A DNA stretch of 64,000 nt from Bilabrum cf. latius (GCA_965178125.1 OZ237750.1:558001-622000), one strand, 5' to 3'. Shown: positions 1 through 13,107, counted from the stretch's first letter. Numbers and translations: made by a program. Notes: a model not told the origin generated them from the sequence alone.

Positions 1-330
1 CCGGCAAAGAGAAAATATGGCTATTACCCTGCATAAGCCCCTGAAAGTAACGGGCCATGTCGCGTGAGCGGAGTATAGCATCCGTCGCCACCAGCCAACG
101 CGGTGCACTGCATGGCATGATGCCATGCGTGCACCAGGCTGGCTGGCTTGGGTGTGAAGCCGCGTTGAATTGATGTCGTACTAGATCTGTGGGTGCATCC
201 ACCATCCTTACAGGCTTACCAGTAGCCAGAGACTGCAGGCAGGCCAGGCAGGCCACCCACAATTCTGGCTTGCACTCGTCATGGCACGCCAACACCCCAG
301 TGCGCTTCCGATGCACTCAACCTTGCCACA

Positions 331-3095
331 ATGATAAGGACAGAAGCCGCTATAGTATCTGGTGCTATTTTTCGGACTGCTTTGCGATGTCGTGGCGCAA
401 CGCTTCTGCGATAGACCTTGAGTGCCGCTGGACAGCAGAAAAGATTTCGAACAGTGATGCCCTCCGTCTGGGGAATCGACATCACGTGCTCGCATCCAGA
501 CGCGGCATCGTTGTATGATGATGCAGTCAATTCGGTAAGCAGCTCTTGAGTACCGGACCCTGCTAGCTCATGTCCGTCCTCTCACCGCAACCACTTCACG
601 CGGACATCACAACTTTCGTCTTGCAGTACTTGTCCCTCACGGGCGATCCTAGCGGGAAATGTGCAGCGGCAGTCGAGCGTGATCCTGGAATGGTGATGTG
701 TATTGCTTTGGATGGTTTTCTGCACCTGCTATCAGGTGGCTGCACTGGGGATCACCCGGCGGTTCGCATAATGCGAACTCGAGTCCAAAAGCTCGTAGAA
801 AAGAACCACTGCAGCCATCGCGAGCGATGCTTCGTAGCAGCGTTCACATCTCTAGCAGAAGGAAGATCCCGCGAGGCCACCGCTATTCTGGAAGCCTGGC
901 TGCTGGAGCAGCCGGTGGACGCTCTCGTAGTTCGGGTTCTCCACGACATCTACTTCCACCTGGGCGATTCCCAGCAGCTGCGGGATTCTCCTGGGCGAGT
1001 CCTAGGCGGATTCGATGTAGCGAGACCGGGATACCTCAAGGTGTGCGGCATGTTTTCGTTTGGGGCCGTGGAGATGCACCAGTACGGCCTGGCGGAGGAG
1101 CAGGGGATGCGAGCACTCTCCGAAGACATGAGAGATCCTTGGGCATTGCACGCAGTGGCGCACGTGTATGAAATGCAGGGCAGAAAGTACGAAGGCTAGC
1201 GACTTCTGCGAACTACAAGGTACTGGTGGGATTCGGCCAACTTGATGTTTACTCACCTGCACTGGCACTGGGCATTGTTTCAGATCGAAGACGGCTAGTA
1301 CGAGAAGGCGATGCAGAGGTACGACATGTGGATCAGGGACGGGCACAGCAATCAGTCCCTAGACCTTGCAGATGCTATTTCAATGCTGTGGAGAATGGAA
1401 TTGGCCGGACAGAACGTCTATGACCGCTGGATGGAGATGCAGCCGCTGGTGCGCGACCACTGCGGGAAGCACACTACCGCGTTCTTTGACGTGCACTATG
1501 CCATGTGCCTGGCTGCATGCGGCGACGATGATGGATTGGATGAGCTGATGGAGTCCATGCGCCGGTATGCCCTGGATAGTCCCCTGTATTCCGAGGCGCA
1601 CTCGAGCACCATTCCGACCCCAGCAGACGAGGATGTGCCTCTGGTCGATCCCACCTGGGGCTGGGAACCGTGGATGACGCAGGAATCGGAGGATGAGGCA
1701 AGGTGGAGATCGTTCTGGAGCAGCAGGGGCGTGCCTGAGCACGCCACCATCGACCCAATCGCGCCAGATCCCACCACTGGGGAGGAAGTTAGCAAGCCGA
1801 CAAGGCCGGAGCCTGGCAGCGCATCGCAGGCATCGCACGATGGAGATCTGTTGGAAGAATCTAATGCCGTGAAGGGGTACTCTCTCAATAATACAGCAGA
1901 TAGCACACATCGCTCGCAGGAAGGCATCGTGCCAGTGAGCAAGGAGTCCGACCCACTTGGAGGAGGAGAGCGCACCGCGGGCGTGCCGGCCATGTATGGT
2001 GGGGCAGCCAGCAGCAGCTCCCTTGGCCCATCGTTCGAGGTGCGAGTGGATCCACCCGGTGCAGAGGGGTATGACCCTAGCTCGCTCGTGCTGCCTGTGG
2101 ACCAAGACATCATGTTCAAGTCCAAGGAGGAGGAAGCTGCGCTAAGGGCAGAGTACGAGGAGGCTATGGATGCGCCCAGGCCGGTGCTGACCTGTCCTAT
2201 GAGCGTGCTGCCCACGCTCCCACTGATGGCCACTCCACCTCACGTGCCACCGCGAGAGAGCGGGTCGGGAAATAGCCCAGGGATGCTGCTGCCAAGCGGC
2301 ACGTCGTCTACTGGCAGGGCAAGCCGGCCAAGCGGGTCACAACCAGAGGGCCATGCGTTCAGAGGGGAGATCACTTCGGTGGAATCACCAGCCGGTTCAG
2401 ACACGTGGGCGGATCCCAGGTACGAGACCCACCAGTCTGGACTAGTGAGCATTGGCGGTGTGGGGGGCATTGGGCTGGGCAGCCATTCAATCATTGACAA
2501 TCGGTACATCACCGCAGCAGTTGGCCTCCCGCTCGTGGAAGGCATGGTGGCGTACCGCAGGGGCGACTACGAGACGGCGGTTGAGAAGCTGCTTCCATTG
2601 CGCGGCATGTTGCACTACATTGGCGGATCCAACGCGCAGAGGGATGTCTTTGCGCTCACCCTTGAAGCGGCTGCCACGCAGAGCAGGCAGGTGGTGCTTG
2701 CACGCAGCTTGCTGCGGGAGAGAGTGACAAACCGATCCAACAGCGGCCTGGCCCTGTACCACCTATCTTCGGTTCTGTACGCTACAGGAGAGCACAGGCA
2801 GGCAGGCCAAGCTAGGGATCGTGCGTTGAGGCTTGGGCTGGGCGACGATCGAGCATTTGTTTCGAAGCGCTGGAGGGTCGGCGGCAAGCCCAAGGAGCTG
2901 CACCGCATTGACGTGGAGCACGAGCAGACCGAGGCTGAGATATCCCTGGAGGAGAAGTTGCGGCTGCAACCCAGCGTCGATGAGCGCATGGCCCGGTGGG
3001 GTAGCAAGACTGAGAGCCTTGAGTCGAGCACTAGCGACGGCAAGCAGATTGAATCTGGCAACGAGCAAAGTGGGGGCGGCCAGAGCAGGCAGTGA
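331..3095 (+). CDS. TTC38: Tetratricopeptide repeat protein 38-like, with a long low-complexity insertion
   Basis: Exons 331-534 and 627-3095 (GT..AG intron 535-626). Motifs PSVWGIDIT..AASLYDDAV, DPWALHAVAHVYEM, THLHWHWALF, DAISMLWRMEL and IGGSNAQRDVF. In-frame TAG at 412, 1197 and 1296; ends TGA. The start at 331 is inferred. Confidence 0.88.
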
Positions 3096-3369
3096 CCGGG
3101 TATTGTCACCCGTGTACCTGGATCCAGATCAGATCGATGCGATTGAACAGTATTGCCCATCATGGATGCACGTCACCTGTAAAGGCTGATAAAAAACATG
3201 CACCCCAAAAATCTCCTTATGCCGGGATCCCAGAGATTACCGCAGCCCCTCAGCGATGGCTACCAGGGCAATGACTGGCCGCACCTCAACTTCTTGACGC
3301 AGGGTCAGATCCGTACAGGATACCAAAGCCTTGCGATGACTGCTGCCAAGTTTTCCTGGACGGCCCACT

Positions 3370-6300
3370 TCATGCCTGCGAGGCGAAGGAGAACTTGCCG
3401 CCTGGCCCGACCTCGAAGACAACCTCGTCGTCTACGACGGCAGCCGACTGCACGCCGCGAGCACCGGGACTGAACTTGCCACCACTCCACACCTTGTCAC
3501 CGTTGCACGTGATCGTGACGCTCCCGCATCCTCCCACGGGGCACGCAACGTGCACCTGGCCGTAGGTCCCTCCACCGGCCGGAAGGGTCGCGGTCACGGA
3601 GAAGTCGCCCGCGCGGAGCTGTGGGACACCGCTGTGCTAAGGCACACCCTGCTCCGCGAGAGCTGCCTGCGTGGTACCGTTGGCCCAGGTGATGCTGGCA
3701 GCACCCCGCAGTGAGGGGATGGTGGCAGAGGCACCGCCGATGCGCACATCCCTGGTGATGCGAGGCCGGTACTGGGTCTTGGCGAAGCCCAGGCTGCCGG
3801 GTGCTTGCTGGATGCCCGCGATGTAGTTGAAGAAGGCCATCTCCACGCTGGAGAACATGTGGTGCGCGCGTGAGTTCATTCCAGGGCCGGACACAGGCGC
3901 AGTCCAGAGCTCCCACATGGTGGTGGCTGGCTCGTAACCGTGCTCGCCGCCCTTAATCATGAACCCGAAGGACGGGTAGTCGGACTGCTGGAGAAGCGTC
4001 ACGGCAAGGTCAGCGCGCCCCATGTCCGTCAGCAGCTGCCACAGCACCTTGTTGCCGGTGATGCCGATGCTGACGTGGTTGCCGTGGGTCTTCTCGATGT
4101 CGTCCACGAGGGAATCGAATGCCTCCTGCTCGTATGCCTTGGAGGGGGCGATGCCTCCGCGGCGCAGGGCAATCGCGGTGGACGTTTGCAGCCCGTCCTT
4201 GTTGCCACCACCGGCACCGTATGCCTTGATGCTGGCATCCCAGAACGCAGACTGGAAGTCGTGGCGATACGTCGCCGCGAGGGCACGGTACGACGCCGCT
4301 GCTGCCATGCTGCCGGTAGCGGCAGCCAAATTAGCGGCCGTGTCGATGTCGCCGATGAGGTTGTAGGCGCTGATCAGCGACTTGGGGGGCTTAGGGCCCT
4401 GGGTGGGCGAGTTGACGCTGGTCGGGTACGCAGGAGGTGTTACCCACTCGCCGTAGTGGGCGAAGAGCTTGCCGATGCCGCTCTTGTTCGCGGCCGCAGC
4501 CAGGTCATGGATGTATCCCGCGATGGGCTGCTCGTAGGCTGCCGGCAGGCGCATGTCCCCCGTGTTCTCGTAGATGGCGCGAATGGCAGTGGGATACGCT
4601 GTCTGCCAGCTGGGATCTCCGACGGCCCCTCCAAAGGAAATGGGAACCGTGTCGCCGACCGCGTTGCCATGCGCGGGCGAGTACGGGTTCACCTGCGCCT
4701 CTCTCATGTTGCCAACCCACGAGGGGAAGAGCGTCCACGCGTCGAAGTTGAGGAAGAAGGATTCGGTAGACAGCGCGCTACTGCGAAAATGACGTTTTTA
4801 AAAGAATGAGGTGGTTGTCTAAGTTGCTTGGGGGGGGGGGGGGGGGGATTGCGCAGCAACCAATAGATAGTAAATGCGGCGGCAAGCGTACGCTAGTCTC
4901 ACTCTCCCATCCATCCCTTGCGCTGCGGTGGAAAGGATGATCCAGCGGTTTGCAGCGTGCTTATACACACAAACGAGAACGCTCAAAGGCAATCAGATCG
5001 ATCGAAGTGCGCGCATCAGCAGGCCAGCAGGGCTCACCTCATCCCTCTGGGGGCAGTCGGACACCACGCCCATGGCGTTGTTTGCCTCGACCATCTAGCA
5101 CGCGTGGTGGACCTTGTCAATCAGCTGAGCGGCATCGTGCACCTTCACGTCGCCCTTGATGCTGATGCCCGTCCGGAAGTGCCTCGCGCGGATGAACACC
5201 GATGGCGGGTTCCACGAGTCCGAGCCGGGGCCGCTCGCAGTCACGAGGGCGTACCGGAAGCCGTGCTGCGTGGCCTCGCCGAAGCTGTGCGTGCGGTTTG
5301 CGGAGCCGTCGTGGACGTACGTGTCTGTCTGCCTGGCGCTGCGCAGGTTGCCGACGTACACAGTCCCGTCCAGGTCACCGTACGGGGGATGCATGATGGC
5401 CTCCGCGTGCACGATCGTGAGAGTAAACCCGGATGGAGTGTTGGGCGGGATGACCACCTCGACGGCCCCGGCGATGTTCTGGCCGAAATCGAAGCGGTAC
5501 GTGTTCGCCATGCTGGTGGCCTTGGTGACATTGACAGGGGTGTAATCGTTCATGTTCTGGATCGGGGGCTGCGACTGCGCCTGCAGCTTGATGTCCTTTG
5601 CGAACGGAAGTGCAGCCTTGGCTGCCTGCCACTCGAGCGATGCTGGCGGCGTCCAGCCAGCCTTGGTCCAGCCCGGCGTCTCACGCCTGGCGTCATACGT
5701 CTCCCCGTCATAGACAGAGTCATTGGTGCGCGGTCCGCCGCCGCAGGTCCAGCTGGCGTCCAGGACCTCCCCTGCATCCCTGAGGGGTGCAGCTTCCCTG
5801 ATCGGGCTGCTGGCAGGCAGGCCGGCCAGGTCTTGAGTGGCATCGGGGCCGAATAGGAGATCTGCCTCCATGGCTGCCAGGCCCTAGTACTCTGTGGTCG
5901 GAGCACCTGGCGCGTTGGTCACCACGGTCGCCTTGGAGCCGTCCTGGAAGGTGAGGGACAGGAGGGCGATGGCCTTGCGCTGGGCCCCACCCCGCTTCCA
6001 TGGAACGGCGCCCTTGGACACCGTGCCGTTCCAGGGAGCAGGAAGCACGTCGGCCCAGCCGTTGCCCAGCTCTAGGCCTACGGTCACAGACGCGGTCGAG
6101 GTTGCCACGGCACTCGTCACGTCGGAAGCCCAGTAGAGCACCCGCTGCCGAAAGCCGGTCCACGAGGCCTGCAGTCTCCACGACTCGGGACCGACGAGCG
6201 CGCCGTTCACCCAGGCGCGGCCATTGCCGGTGGATGCCATGTACATGACGGCCCGTTTGATCCCGCCAGCCGCCTGTGCTGCAGAGGTCAGGCTCACCTC

Positions 6301-6924
6301 GGTCCGGAAGCGGTTGCGAGCGGCTGCGGTGTTTTCCATCTCGCCGGACTGGTCGCAGCCGATCCAGGCTGCGTTCGACCAGTCACCGGACTGCAGCAGG
6401 CCCACGCGGAACGAAAAAGGCTGGGACCAGTCGCTCATGGTTCCGTCGCTCTGGCGCACGCGAGCACGGAAGGCAGCGTCAGTGTCCGCCGGAAGCGGCG
6501 TGGCATCGAGATTGCCGCGCAGCGTGGATTGGAGTGACGGACTTAGAGCTGATGAGGGGTATGCAATGGCAATAGTGGAATTGCTTTCCACCTCACCACT
6601 GTCCCAGAATAGGCCAGATCCCGACGGTAACGAGCTCGCGGGTCCGACTTGCACTTGGTACGACTTCACCGTCTGCCCCACGGCGACATTTGGGAGGAAC
6701 GTGAAGCGAGGAGACGGAGTGTCAATGGTTGCGTACTCGCTCGAATCCAAATACCTGCGCGCAATGTGCAAAGAATGATTGAGGACCAAGATTATTTTAT
6801 TGTGCGATCTTGTGACTACGCGCAGGAACCTGCGGGGGACTCACTCCACAGAAAGCTCTGTTGGTACAGAGGCAAGGCACGAATAAACTGATAAAGCGGC
6901 TACTATGGATGCGAGGCCTCGCAT
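3370..6924 (-). CDS. Secreted alpha-L-rhamnosidase (GH78)
   Basis: Exons 6924-6845, 6754-5038, 4922-4903 and 4780-3370. Signal peptide MRGLASIVAALSVYSCLA. Motifs DFGQNIAG, HGFRY, DCPQRDE|RKGWMGD, ATTMWELW, MNSRAHHMF and C-terminal VFEVGPGGKFSF-TGA. In-frame TAG at 5884, 5095 and 3637. Confidence 0.9.
4830..4847. repeat. G18 homopolymer (C18 on the sense strand) in a GH78 intron
   Basis: Read directly; lies within intron 4781-4902. Confidence 0.95.
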
Positions 6925-6981
6925 GATGGCAGACGAAAGACTGAAAGGATGCTTGCAGCGTGGACAGAAAATCTGATATAA

Positions 6982-8301
6982 TTAGCGGAACCTCGCGTGC
7001 GCATCACGTTCACGAGCCGCCCTCGCGCCTGCAGAGCGCCAAGCAGAGGCATCACCTCTAGCAATATCCGCCACTTCCTCCAGTGTCTCCACAACCAGAT
7101 CTGCCATGTCCAGCGCTGCCACATAGTGCTTGCACGGCTCCCAGCTGGAGTCACCCGCTGAACCAGCAGGGGGCAGATCAGCCACGAGGCAAGACAGCGC
7201 CCCTGCACGCCATGCGGTTTCCATGTCATCGATGGTGTCGCCGACCATGATTGCCCTCGCCTTCAGCTCCGCTGGCAGTCCGGCACCAACGGATGCCATC
7301 GAAACGAACTCTGGCACCTTGGGTGCTCGCGGGTCACCGGGAGCAGTGCCCGCCCCTGCACCTGCACCTACCACAGACTTGGATACAGGTTCTCCCACCG
7401 ATGCAGCGGCCTTGCTTGGGTCAAGCGTGGTACTATCTCTTGATTTGCTCTCGCTACTGCCAGACAAGGAGCCAGAGCCGTGCACGCCTCCGCCCTCAAC
7501 CTCGCTGCTCGCCGTCCCGGAGCTGCCGCCATCGCCAACAGGAGCGTACACGTCAGGATACAGGCTGAGCTCCTCCGATGCTCGTTTCTGGACTTCCTGA
7601 CGGAGCATGCGCATGGGCTCTGGCTAGGCTGGGGCTCCGCATGAGGCCAGCAGGGCATCGACGGGGACCGAGGGCAAGAGCATTTCTGCTGATGGCACAG
7701 CTAGTGCTGGCTGTTCTTGCGCATCTGCACCACTGCTGGTAGCATCACACGCATGGACTGACGCGGTGCTGCTAGATTGCGCCTTGCCTGTCGCTGTCGA
7801 TGCCGCAGCACTGCCCGTGCCTGCTATCGTGTCAGCGCATGCACCAAGGATGTGCAGCAATGGGGCCGCGTGCGGCTTTGCTGGTTCAAATTCTCGGGGA
7901 ATAGCAAGCGCAAATGCCGGGCAATCTGCGTCCACTTTGGCCTGGTATGCGGAGAACTCGGGGTCGCTGGGAAGGACGTCATCCAGCAGGGCATCGACCG
8001 CTTCTTGATTGTTCCGAGTCAGAATCGCCTGCGACACGCCCAAGCTGTGGACATTGCTAATTGCAAGCCCTGAACCGGCCCGCAATCTCTGATTCTTGAT
8101 GCCGAGCCGCTCCTCTTCCACCAAAATTTGATTCAAGATCGCCTACTCAGCGTGCGGCTTTGATCGAACATAAGCAATGATATCCTCCCCATCAGGCACC
8201 TTGCACCGGCGACGCATTCTTCGAAAGTCGATGGAACCCCTCTCAGTCAGCGTTCCATCCATATCCCACACAACAACACGCAACGCGAGGTCGAGGCTCA
8301 T
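6982..8301 (-). CDS. HAD-superfamily hydrolase (YOR131C/At2g33255-like)
   Basis: Motif I VVWDMDGTLT, motif II ILTRN, motif III AKPHAAPL and motif IV MVGDTIDDM lie in one frame only if TAG at 8143 and 7624 is read through. Ends TAA at 6982-6984. Confidence 0.85.
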
Positions 8302-8547
8302 GCTCGCCTTCTACCTTTGGCCGAGCTGTACGGACCTACAAGAGAGTAGTTTTGGATTATACCGGCAAGATAGGCTTCTACGTATACTATTGCAAGAAAT
8401 TAGACGGAAAATGGCGAACCTTGCGAGTAGTATGCAGCAATTTTGGGACTAATATGATCCTGATGGTGACGTGGAGCTGCCGTCGTCACACGGAAGTGCC
8501 CGACGGTGAGTGTTTCGCGCCGTTTGCTGCCACACCGCAGCCTCAAC

Positions 8548-10260
8548 ATGTTGAATTCGCTGCTTGGGATAGGTCTTCTGCAAGCTTTACTCTCTGATGC
8601 CGGGCAGGTTCCGCTGACGCCGCTAGAGTACGCCACCCCAGCCGATGCGCGTCTTTTTAGCTACAACACCGTATTGGGCCCCATCCTGCAAATTCCTTAC
8701 GACAACAAGGGGCTAATCGCTGGAATTGAGGCCCTAGGTTTAGGGTCAGTACGCTACCCAGGTGGAACGGTGGCCGATTACTGGTCGATGGCAAAAGGGA
8801 ATTACATTGATCACTGCGAGCAGAGCCTGTGCTCTTGCTGCTAGTTCCAGCCCAACATATCATCGTTCCCCGATGGAACTTTCTCACCAGGAGCAGTCCT
8901 TGCTCCGGGGTCCCTCGGACGCGCAACAACGGCGACCCCAATCTTCGACGTGAACGTTCTGACGTTCAACACAACTGCCGCGCTTGCGGACCTGGATTCG
9001 TTGGCGAAGCAAGTGGATTCAAGTGATGATGTGGAGTTGTTTGAACTGGGCAACGAGTTCTACCTGCCAGATTATCGCTGGCGATTTCCCAACGCCAGCA
9101 CGTACATGGAAGCGTCCGCACCCGTCGTCTCGAAGGGTCGCGAGCTGTTCCCAGATGCCCTGGTGCTGGCCGTTGCGTGGGAAAGCCACCTGCACACCAC
9201 TGACTGCGGTGACGACTGGAACTCGCAGGTTGCCGCGTCTCGGCATCTCTACGACGGCGTCACCCTGCACGACTACTCGATCGGGAACGGTAGCGTGACT
9301 AAGAAGTACCAACCGGACCAATATGCGACCGTCGTGGCGAGCTGGTCGAGCGCACAGGTCCGCGCGTCGATCCAAGGAGTCAACTCATGCTTTGGAAACG
9401 ACACCTTGATCGCGCAGACAGAGTACAATTACGTGGCCGGCACGGGGACGGGCTACGGGCCCTACCCACACTCCCCCCTGCTCTACCCCTACGGAGCCAT
9501 CCACGGGATGTTCCAGGCCGGCCGGATCCTGGAAGCTCCCTACCACACCACCAGCACGCCAACCCCCCCGCGAATGCGGAGGGCAGCAGCACTGGGAGGC
9601 TTGTCCCCCAATGCTGCCGAGATCCGCTGGAGCAGGTACGTCTCCATGCACATGCACGCGTTGGCCGAAGACACGGACGTGGGCTGGGACGGCCATTCGG
9701 GTGTTCTGCAGTTCAATGCATCGCTGGGTCCGGACGCGCCACCAATGGTCAGCGGCGTGGGACAGCTTTTCGCCCACCTGACCAGGGCAGCGCGCCCTGC
9801 GCCGTGGTCTGCCTTCGAGCAGAAGAAGGGCGGTGCCGCTGATGGTGCTGCCCGAGGTGCTGCTGGCAGCGTGCCCGCCTCGTACTTTGTGCCTCTAGCA
9901 CAGCCCAGTGGCGGACCAGTGGTCCCTTTGGATCTCCGAGGCGAGACCGGCCTGCCTTGCATGCAGGGCTCTCTGTTTGTGGAAGAACCCAGCAAGAGGG
10001 CCTCGCCTCGGTTCGCCGTGATCAACCGATGCAACCAGAGCATCACAGTGAGCCTGCCTGCATTTGACCCAGCAGAGGCCAGTGCCTGGCTGTACTCTGC
10101 CGAGGACGAGGGCGGGTGGGCCCCGCTCCCTCCTAAAGGCGCTCCCGTGCCGTGGACCTCCGGTCCTTTGCACCCTGCATCTGCATCGGTGGACTGCGGC
10201 GACAGCAGGTGCAGCATAGAGATGCCAGGAGTGTCCATGGTCATTTCTGCGGGGGCCTGA
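8548..10260 (+). CDS. Secreted clan GH-A glycoside hydrolase (GH51/GH79-like)
   Basis: Signal peptide MLNSLLGIGLLQALLSDA. Motifs RYPGGTVADYW, FELGNEFY (acid/base) and IAQTEYN (nucleophile). One in-frame TAG at 8842 between the motifs; ends TGA. Exact family uncertain. Confidence 0.75.
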
Positions 10261-10389
10261 CTCGCGAGTGAGTGTAGAATTCCTAGAGCGTTTGCATGGA
10301 TGCACCCTACGCGCAATTGATTTTCCTCAGTGTACATCCCAGATTTGTCCCTCCAAGCTATGTGCAGCTCACACGATCACACGCAAGCG

Positions 10390-13107
10390 TCAATCAGAAT
10401 CGTACAGGTCCAGCCCACTTTGCGCCCTGACCATTGCCTCTGCCGCGCGCTGCTTCATGTCATTGCGCTGGGCCATGGCTGTCGCCTGGTCCAGTCCGGC
10501 AGCCTCGTAGTCAATCGCGCCCGCTCTGGTGCGAGGCAAGCTACCTATACCGAAGTCCGCGCGGCTGCCCGACCCCCCGCTCACGGCGCGCTGCGCGGCA
10601 CCTCTGAGTTGCTCAGCCATGCTCTTGTCCCCTTGATCGATTGCAGAAGCGGTGCGTTGGAAGGCCTCTTCCATGCTGCGGGGATCGAACCCTGTGGCAA
10701 GAACGGGCGGCCTGTGGTCGCCAACCACATGCTCGGCAGCAGTGCGCTGCGTGCCGGCGCCCGCGCCTCTTCTGGACATTTCCGCCACGTTCCCTCGCGC
10801 TTTCTGCCGCTTTTTTGCGCCGTCTGCTGCAAAGTCACCCGTAGGGCTATTGTCCCGTCCGCCGATGGTTCGGTCGTACTGCACCCGATCCCAAACGGCT
10901 GCGCTGGGGCCCATCCCATCGCCCACTGGCCTCTCCTCCGCGTGTTCCCCGGGAGTTGACCACTCGTACAAGTCGTCTTCCTGCTCGGCATCAACCTTAG
11001 AGTCCGACCAAGCTAACCCGCTCGTCCTTGCGCCAGCCATTGCGTCGGCCTGTTGCCAAGCCAAGCCGCCATCGCTTTCTTGCCGCGCTCTGTCGGCCCT
11101 CATCCACCACGGCAAGTCGCCCAGCTATCCGCCCGCACCCCCACCACGAGAGGCCTGTCTGTGACGCTCCGTCCCGGATTTCAGTCCAGCGGCCTGGGCA
11201 GAAGTGCCATGGGTCGGCGCCCCAGCACCGTAGCCCTGAGCCCAGGCATCTGCCATTGTGGTGGCCTCGCCGCTGCCGCGACCCGACACTTCGGCCTGCA
11301 CCGCAGCTTCTTCCCTATCTGTTGGCGCGTACCCCGAGGTGTCTTTTTGCCTAGCCATTTCTCTGAATGCGGTTGCGCTCATGGCGCGGCTCCCGTGCTC
11401 TCTGCAGTGCCGCAGCCACGCTGACCTCGTCTGCTCCTCCCACTCGGCCACCTCGGCTGAACGGCGCGTGTGCGACGCGAGGCTGCGACCGAGCTGGGAC
11501 TCGTAGCGACGCTCCAGCTCGCGCGTGTGATCCCGTATGAACGCGGCCGCCTCTCTGTGTTCCATGTTGTAGGGAAGGTAGAGCGTCATCGTGTCTGGGA
11601 CGAAGTCGTACACACGGCCCAGCACGACGCTTGACACCGCCCAGAACGGGTGGTGGGCAAACACGGCGTCGAAATGCCGCAGCATGGTCTTGCTCAAGTT
11701 TTGCCGGCCGATTTGCTCCTGCATGTCGTCCAGGAAGTGCGTCGACACGATGCCAGAGTCCAGCACCTGCGTCACCCTCGCCACCATCTGCGACTCTGTG
11801 TACGTGGACACCTGATCCAGGTGAAGCTCCGGAAACGTGAAAACCTTGCCCTGCACTTGCGGAGCGTACCTTCCCATGGATCGAAACGTGTACTCGTGCG
11901 CGTTCAGCTAGGACTCCCCTTTGGGGCGCCGCCTGGCTTCATCGTGCGACACTCCCTGGCCTCTGCCGTCGTACGCGTACACGTCTTCGCCCTCGCCCGG
12001 TGCCCATGGCCCGCCCTCGCCAGGTCCTCCTCCGCCCTCCACAAGCACTCGCTGGACCTCAGGGTCTAGCTGGAACTTGACCTTCTCCCCTATCTCTCGC
12101 AGGAGAGAGCCCACCGTCCGCACCGCGATGCCGAGCCACTGCGCCTGGGACCGCAGCTCGCCTTGGCCCGCGATGGCACGCTTGGCATCGTTGAGAACAG
12201 CTTCGGGAATATGCACCGTGTGCACAACCTCTCGAATGTCTACTGAACCTCCCTAGTCTGCACTGGTGGACTAGCCCTTGGTATCCTTGCTCGGTTGCTG
12301 GCCCACTGCCTCCACGCAAAACAGCCGGAGCTCAATGGCGCCGTCCAGCGAGGTGTGCTTGATGCTTTCCAGCGCCTTGCGCATGCTGGACTTTGAATCT
12401 GCACTGCTTTTACTGGTCGCGTCGCTCTCTGTCGCCGCGTCGACTCCCGTTCCAGCAAGGACCTTAAACACGTCTAGCAGCTCGATGAACGTCTGGAAGA
12501 AGCGCTGGTTTGTCGCCAATATCTTCTGCTCGTCTAGGCGCTACATGCCTCTAGATGCCATACTACTGGCTGCAGTTTTTATGGCCGACTGGAGCATGTC
12601 TGGATGCGCCCTCAGGATTAGTCGTTTGCTGTGAGGGGCGAGCTAGCTTACGTGAGAGATAGGCTCGAGCTCATCCGAAACACCAAGCTTCGAAGATGAC
12701 GCCTTCCCTGCGCCCCTCAATGCTTTCATGGTAGCTTTATACTCGTGATAGGTTGCGTCTAGAGGTCGATGCACCTTGACCGTGCCGTCTAGAGCGACTT
12801 CCTCTGGTCGTCGCTGATCCTCCGGCAAACTCCGCCGCGACGCTGTCTGTCGCTACCGGCCCCGGCGGTTGCGAGATGATCCAAATGGAGATTGAGACTC
12901 ATCTTTTCCGAAGTGCAGCCCATCCCGCACTCGATTCACTTGAGCCCGAAGCTTGCGGAGCAGTTCCTCTTGGGACCGGCGTTCGTGCGTCGCAAAGAAC
13001 CGCCAATGAGCACCAGCTCCTCCATCCTAGCCATTGATCGTAACGGTGCATCGGAACACAACACGTGGGCGCATTCTAGTCACCCCGAAAACGCGAGAGG
13101 TCCGCAT
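10390..13107 (-). CDS. Putative mitochondrial protein with a DUF4460/TCAIM-like segment (~905 aa)
   Basis: A single 2,718-nt frame joins five ORF-track fragments through 8 TAGs and ends TGA. Arg-rich N-terminus MRTSRVFGVTRMRPRVVFR. KRLILRAHPDML...ATNQRFFQTF resembles the DUF4460 'F..VHPD.F....N..SL' signature. Confidence 0.6.

Noticed and set aside
1197-1199. TAG=Leu or Glu, suggested by TTC38 positions (EG*RLL, IEDG*YE) and by TTA vs TAG at the end of the duplication (54837)
   Set aside because: These are variable positions. The conserved AGMO Gln and the CAG/TAG exon swap favour Gln, although a genome-wide test is still needed.
8360-8371. 12-mer TACCGGCAAGAT shared with 26171-26182
   Set aside because: Repeated 12-mers are expected by chance in 64 kb, and the second copy lies in an intron.
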